Shown here piece after piece: positions 59,875 through 64,000 of a stretch of DNA of 64,000 nt (positions are counted from its first letter, which is position 1; the number at the start of each line of letters is the position of its first letter). The position numbers and the translations under genes are program-made. This DNA is from the human T2T-CHM13v2.0 reference genome, Homo sapiens. Below the pieces are notes generated by a model. The model did no database searches. It saw only the letters and a list, made by a program, of their open reading frames with translations, and was not told the origin of the DNA. The stretch is from NCBI RefSeq assembly GCF_009914755.1, contig NC_060939.1. One strand, written 5' to 3'.

Positions 59875-60280
59875 GATAAGAGACCATTTATTGAGCTCTT
59901 ACTATATACCAGGCATATAAATGTCAAGCTAATGTTTAACCCTTACCACAACTCTGAGATATAGAAACTATTATTATTTCCACTTTATGGATGAAAAACT
60001 AAAAATAATTTACATTAATTGACTTGCCCCAGGTGAAACATCTAGCAATTCATGACCTGAATTCAAAGCCAATGCTGTGAATCCTTGCATGAGCCAACTC
60101 ACCTGTCATTGTCACCTGGACGTGTCATTCGATCTCTCTGTGCCTCCATTTCTGGGTGCTCCATTACCATGATGCACCCAATTTACAGGGCTCTTGTGAG
60201 AGCTTAATGAGCTCATGCATGTCATGCGTTGAGAATAATCCCCAGAACATAACAAGTGCTCAGTATGTGTTGGCTATTGT
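59875..60280. mobile_element. Two MIR relics in opposite orientation
   Basis: atttattgagc...gacttgccccagg (minus) and ctctctgtgcctccatttc...acataacaagtgctcagta (plus). Confidence 0.6.
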
Positions 60281-61724
60281 TACTGATAGCATTGTTACTT
60301 TTTATTACACAATGTTGTCTCCCTTTGCTGAATGAAGGGAATGTGGAGGACACAGACTTTACAAGCAAAGAGAATATATTTCAGTGTATGAACATTCTTG
60401 GGAATCAAGTGCCAGAAGAACTACATCTCTGTCACCAAGCAGAGAATAAGTTGTTTTCTCTACCTCTGCCCACACCAGGTTGCACATTCTATACCCTGTA
60501 GATTGCTCAGCCTCTTGTTCTCCTCCCCACTTCCTCCTGTCTCTTCTCTTTTGACAGCTCTCCAGAGAGGCCTCTCACCCCACCTTCCATAGCTTTGTCT
60601 CCACTGAGTCAAAAGCTGTTAGATCATCTGTTTGTCCCCTGAGTGGTCCTTAGAATGAACAGCCAAATGGATGGCTTGGTGGTGGTGTGTGCCATGCCTG
60701 CAGGAAGCTCCCAAGGAAGCAATTTCCAGCACTTTCCCCTCTGCAGCTTCCCACCAAGCTATGCGAAAACATATCAATGATTTGACTGCAACGTCCCTGA
60801 CAGCTGCTGCCCATCTCCACGTGGGGCCCTCCAATAACTGGAAACTTGGTCTTAAATTTTTTAACTTGGAAAATACAAACAATGACGACGACCGTGAATG
60901 TGAGTTATTTCTGTGATTTCTCTTTTCATTAAAGTCCATCCAGTCACCAGTTTGAGCCTGTCACAAATCTGCTTCTCTCCCACACGACCTTCTCTGGCCA
61001 CTGACTGCATTTTCAAAAGTAGCCCAAGGCCAGAGAACAGCTGTTTGCTGATTCCCTCGAGAACAAATTGCAAATGGTGCATCATCGGCATGTGCTCTTG
61101 GCTTCTTTGAAGGATGCGTTGAAATGTGCCAAATGGCAAATGAGAATCACAGAATCCAGGTGTCTCCTAGTCACTAAGACATAACTGACATGAAATAAAA
61201 AGTGTAAATTTAAAAAGTAAAAGGAGCATCAGTCTGTAACTCCTTGAGCTGGATTGTTCTAGAGTCAACCTGTTTCCACTGGGCACTACATTTCCCAGGG
61301 TGTTCCGGATTTGAGCTGACCCAATGTGAATTCGTGTAGGATTTGGGAGGGGAAGTGAAGCCTCTCCCCTCTGGGGGTTACTGTTGGTTTAGAGAGGTGA
61401 GATCCACGTGGAGGTGCCCAAGAGTTCCAGCAGGTCACTTTTCTCCGCTGCACATGCAGCTCTCCTTTCCGGCTGCTGAGCCTGCTGACCGGCAGTGATG
61501 CCAAGCCCAGCACCGATGCTTTGCTGTGAATTCTGACCCGGCAGCCTTCCAGGGACTTCCCTGCCTGCCTCCTTTGCAGTCCTGCTCCAGCAGCTAGAGG
61601 AGCCCAGCTCCCCATCTTCCCTGAAAGCATGGACTCCAGCTTCGGGGCTGGTTCATCACCTTTCTATGACCCTCTAACTCCTGTTTTTAAACCCTTATTT
61701 TCCCAACACCTCCCACCATCATGT

Positions 61725-61810
61725 ACAGTCTAATTCATAGAATATCTTCCCTTTCTATGAAGCTCACAGTCTAATTCGTAGAATATCTTCCCTTTCTATG
61801 AAGCTCACAG
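61725..61810. repeat. 41-bp tandem duplication
   Basis: acagtctaattcRtagaatatcttccctttctatgaagctc x2 plus acag; one mismatch. Confidence 0.95.
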
Positions 61811-64000
61811 AGGCTCTGACTTCCTGGCTGGACCCTGACTGATGCTTGTCCAGATCAAGAGGTCAGAGTGTGAAGCAAAGAGAGACTTGTCAAGAGATGT
61901 CCATGGGGGGAGATGCACTGAGCCACGTGTCCCCACCTTCTCCTTTACTTCCCATCTCATCATGGGCCACCATGGGATCTCCCAGGGAGCTTTGCTATGT
62001 GCTCCCTGCAGCTGAGATATCGGGGGCTGCCATCTAACTCATGCCTCAGAAAGCAGCAGCAGAACATCAAGGTGGCTGCACTGGGCTCCACTCACTCCCA
62101 GAGTTTGGGGACAGTGAGCAAGGGCTGCCTGAGAAGGCCAGCAAGGACAACTGAAAGGGGCAGAGCCACTCAGTAGCAAGAAGCCAGAGGTGAGCCCAGG
62201 CTTGGTGCTGCCTGATTCCAGATTTCTCCAGGATTCGTCAACTCAAAAATAAATATAAGGACAAGAAGAATGAAATGCAGGACTAGAACTTACATCGGCA
62301 AGTGCAGGGTCAAAAAGGAAGGCCTTGGTGAAGACAGGCAGGCCCAGGTGCTAGGGAGCACATTCAACCTCTAGATTTCTTTTGACCTCAGTAGGGGGAA
62401 GCAGTGACCAGCAGTCACCTGGGATGGAGGTGCACTCACCAGGGCAAGGGATCTGCAGCAGAGTCCAAATAGGAGAACCTTGGAGGGGCTCAAGAAAGCA
62501 GCTCTTGGCAAAGCAGCATTCGATATCTCTCAACCCAGAAGGCAGGAGGCCAGCTCCTGACACTGCCAGCACCTTGTTTAGCACAGCCTTCTCCCTCCTC
62601 TCTGACCCTGGAATGAGAGGTGGCAGTAAAAAAGGTGGCAAAGATTTGCTATAAACTTAAGTTCTGGATTTTGGTTAATCTCTTAGAATGGACACGTTGA
62701 ACTGAGGTTGTGTTTTGTGATAAAGTGACCACGCAGAGTGTGAACTGGCCAAGTGTGGGCCTGCTGGAGTTTTGTACCCAGGGGCAGGAAATGCACTCCC
62801 ATTGAAAAGACTCTAAAGTGGGAAAGGAAGCCGTGGTTGCTCACGTGCAGAGGCCAGGCATTGGGCACGCCAGTCACAAAAATCATGGCAGGGACACTAG
62901 GCCTACAGGCCTCACCTTGCATTTGCAGACCCCCAGGTTCCTCTAGTGGAGCCTCAGGCTCAGGAAGGGACACAGAGAAGGCTGAGGATGTGGGACTTGG
63001 AGGGCTTTCTCCTCTTCAAACATAGCTTTCACTGCTTTTTATATTCGAGTTTCAAATAAGCTTCCATTTGAAGGGGATAGGATTCCATTGCTTTAAAAAG
63101 CTCTTGCAACCTGCTTTCTGTCTAATCCCGTTTAACCAATTGCAGAGGGAGGGTCCTAGAGGGGAAGTGATCTGCAAATGTGGAGGCAGAATTAGAGGTA
63201 CAGCTCTGACTTATAACCCTGGGCCCTCCCCTGCCATCCCTGACCCCATGGTCCAACCTACTTTGATGTCTGCAATGTGATTTCAGATTTCTCCAGGATT
63301 TGTCAACTCAAAAATAAATGTAAGGACAACGATAATGAAACACAGGACTAGAACTTACATCAACAAGTGCAGAGTCAAAAAGGAAGGCCTTGGTGAAGAA
63401 ATGGAGGCCCAGGTGCTGGGAGCACGTTCAGCCTCTAGGTCTCTTTTGACCTCAGTGGTCCTCTGTCACCTGCGATGCTTGTAGAAAAGCAGATTCCCAG
63501 TCCCCATGCCATCCTGGGGTACAACCCAGAATCTGGATTTCTAATGAGCAGCTCAATGATCTAATGGCTGGGTAAGTTTTGATCCATGGGGTGGTCGCAC
63601 ATATCAGGCCAAGGATGCTCCACATGTGGCGGGGACAGAGTGCTGCACACCGGGCTGGCTGCTCACCAGCAATGAGACACACCCTGGAGGAGTGTAACAA
63701 GGTAGCCTGCAGGCTGGGCGGGGCCTTGGGCTCTGGAGGAGCTTAAAGGGCCGATTTCCAGGCCAAGGTGGGCACCATGAAGGAACAGCAGCTGAGAGAC
63801 CCCAGGAGTAATCCATGTAAGGACCCGTTCTAGAAGATAGCCCAGCAGAGGCAGGGCATTAGGCTACACAGTGGGTAGCACCTGGAATGACTTCAGAAGA
63901 AAGAGCTGGTGAAGGAGGCCTTGGATGGGGGTCTGCAGCCTGGGGGACAGAATGAAGTCAGGCTGCAGGTGAGAGGGATAATTCTGGTGAGGCCCTGTTT

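Overview
Primate (human-like) genomic DNA. The window starts with the last coding exon and 3' UTR of AQP9 (+ strand, Ala279 allele) and continues through about 62 kb of repeat-rich sequence with no other protein-coding exon that I can support. From recall this is human 15q21.3, between AQP9 and LIPC. Main contents: a full-length L1PA5-like LINE-1 (open ORF1, dead ORF2, extended antisense ORF0, 5x13-bp expansion in the 5' UTR), an RPL28 processed pseudogene nested at an L1/MLT1 junction, many Alu/MIR/L1M/MaLR/DNA-transposon relics, and an internally deleted HERV-L. The standout is this HERV-L: its 5' LTR is a MaLR THE1A LTR, its 3' LTR is MLT2A1, and both outer ends carry the same 5-bp target-site duplication (ATATT). 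The right copy is hidden inside a later inversion. This looks like one integration of a chimeric MaLR/ERV-L cDNA. The window also holds five locally templated 80-180 bp copies (one a perfect 82-bp inverted copy) and nested micro-palindromes that suggest repeated template switching. Repeat subfamily names come from recalled consensus sequences and need RepeatMasker/Dfam confirmation; identities were counted by eye.
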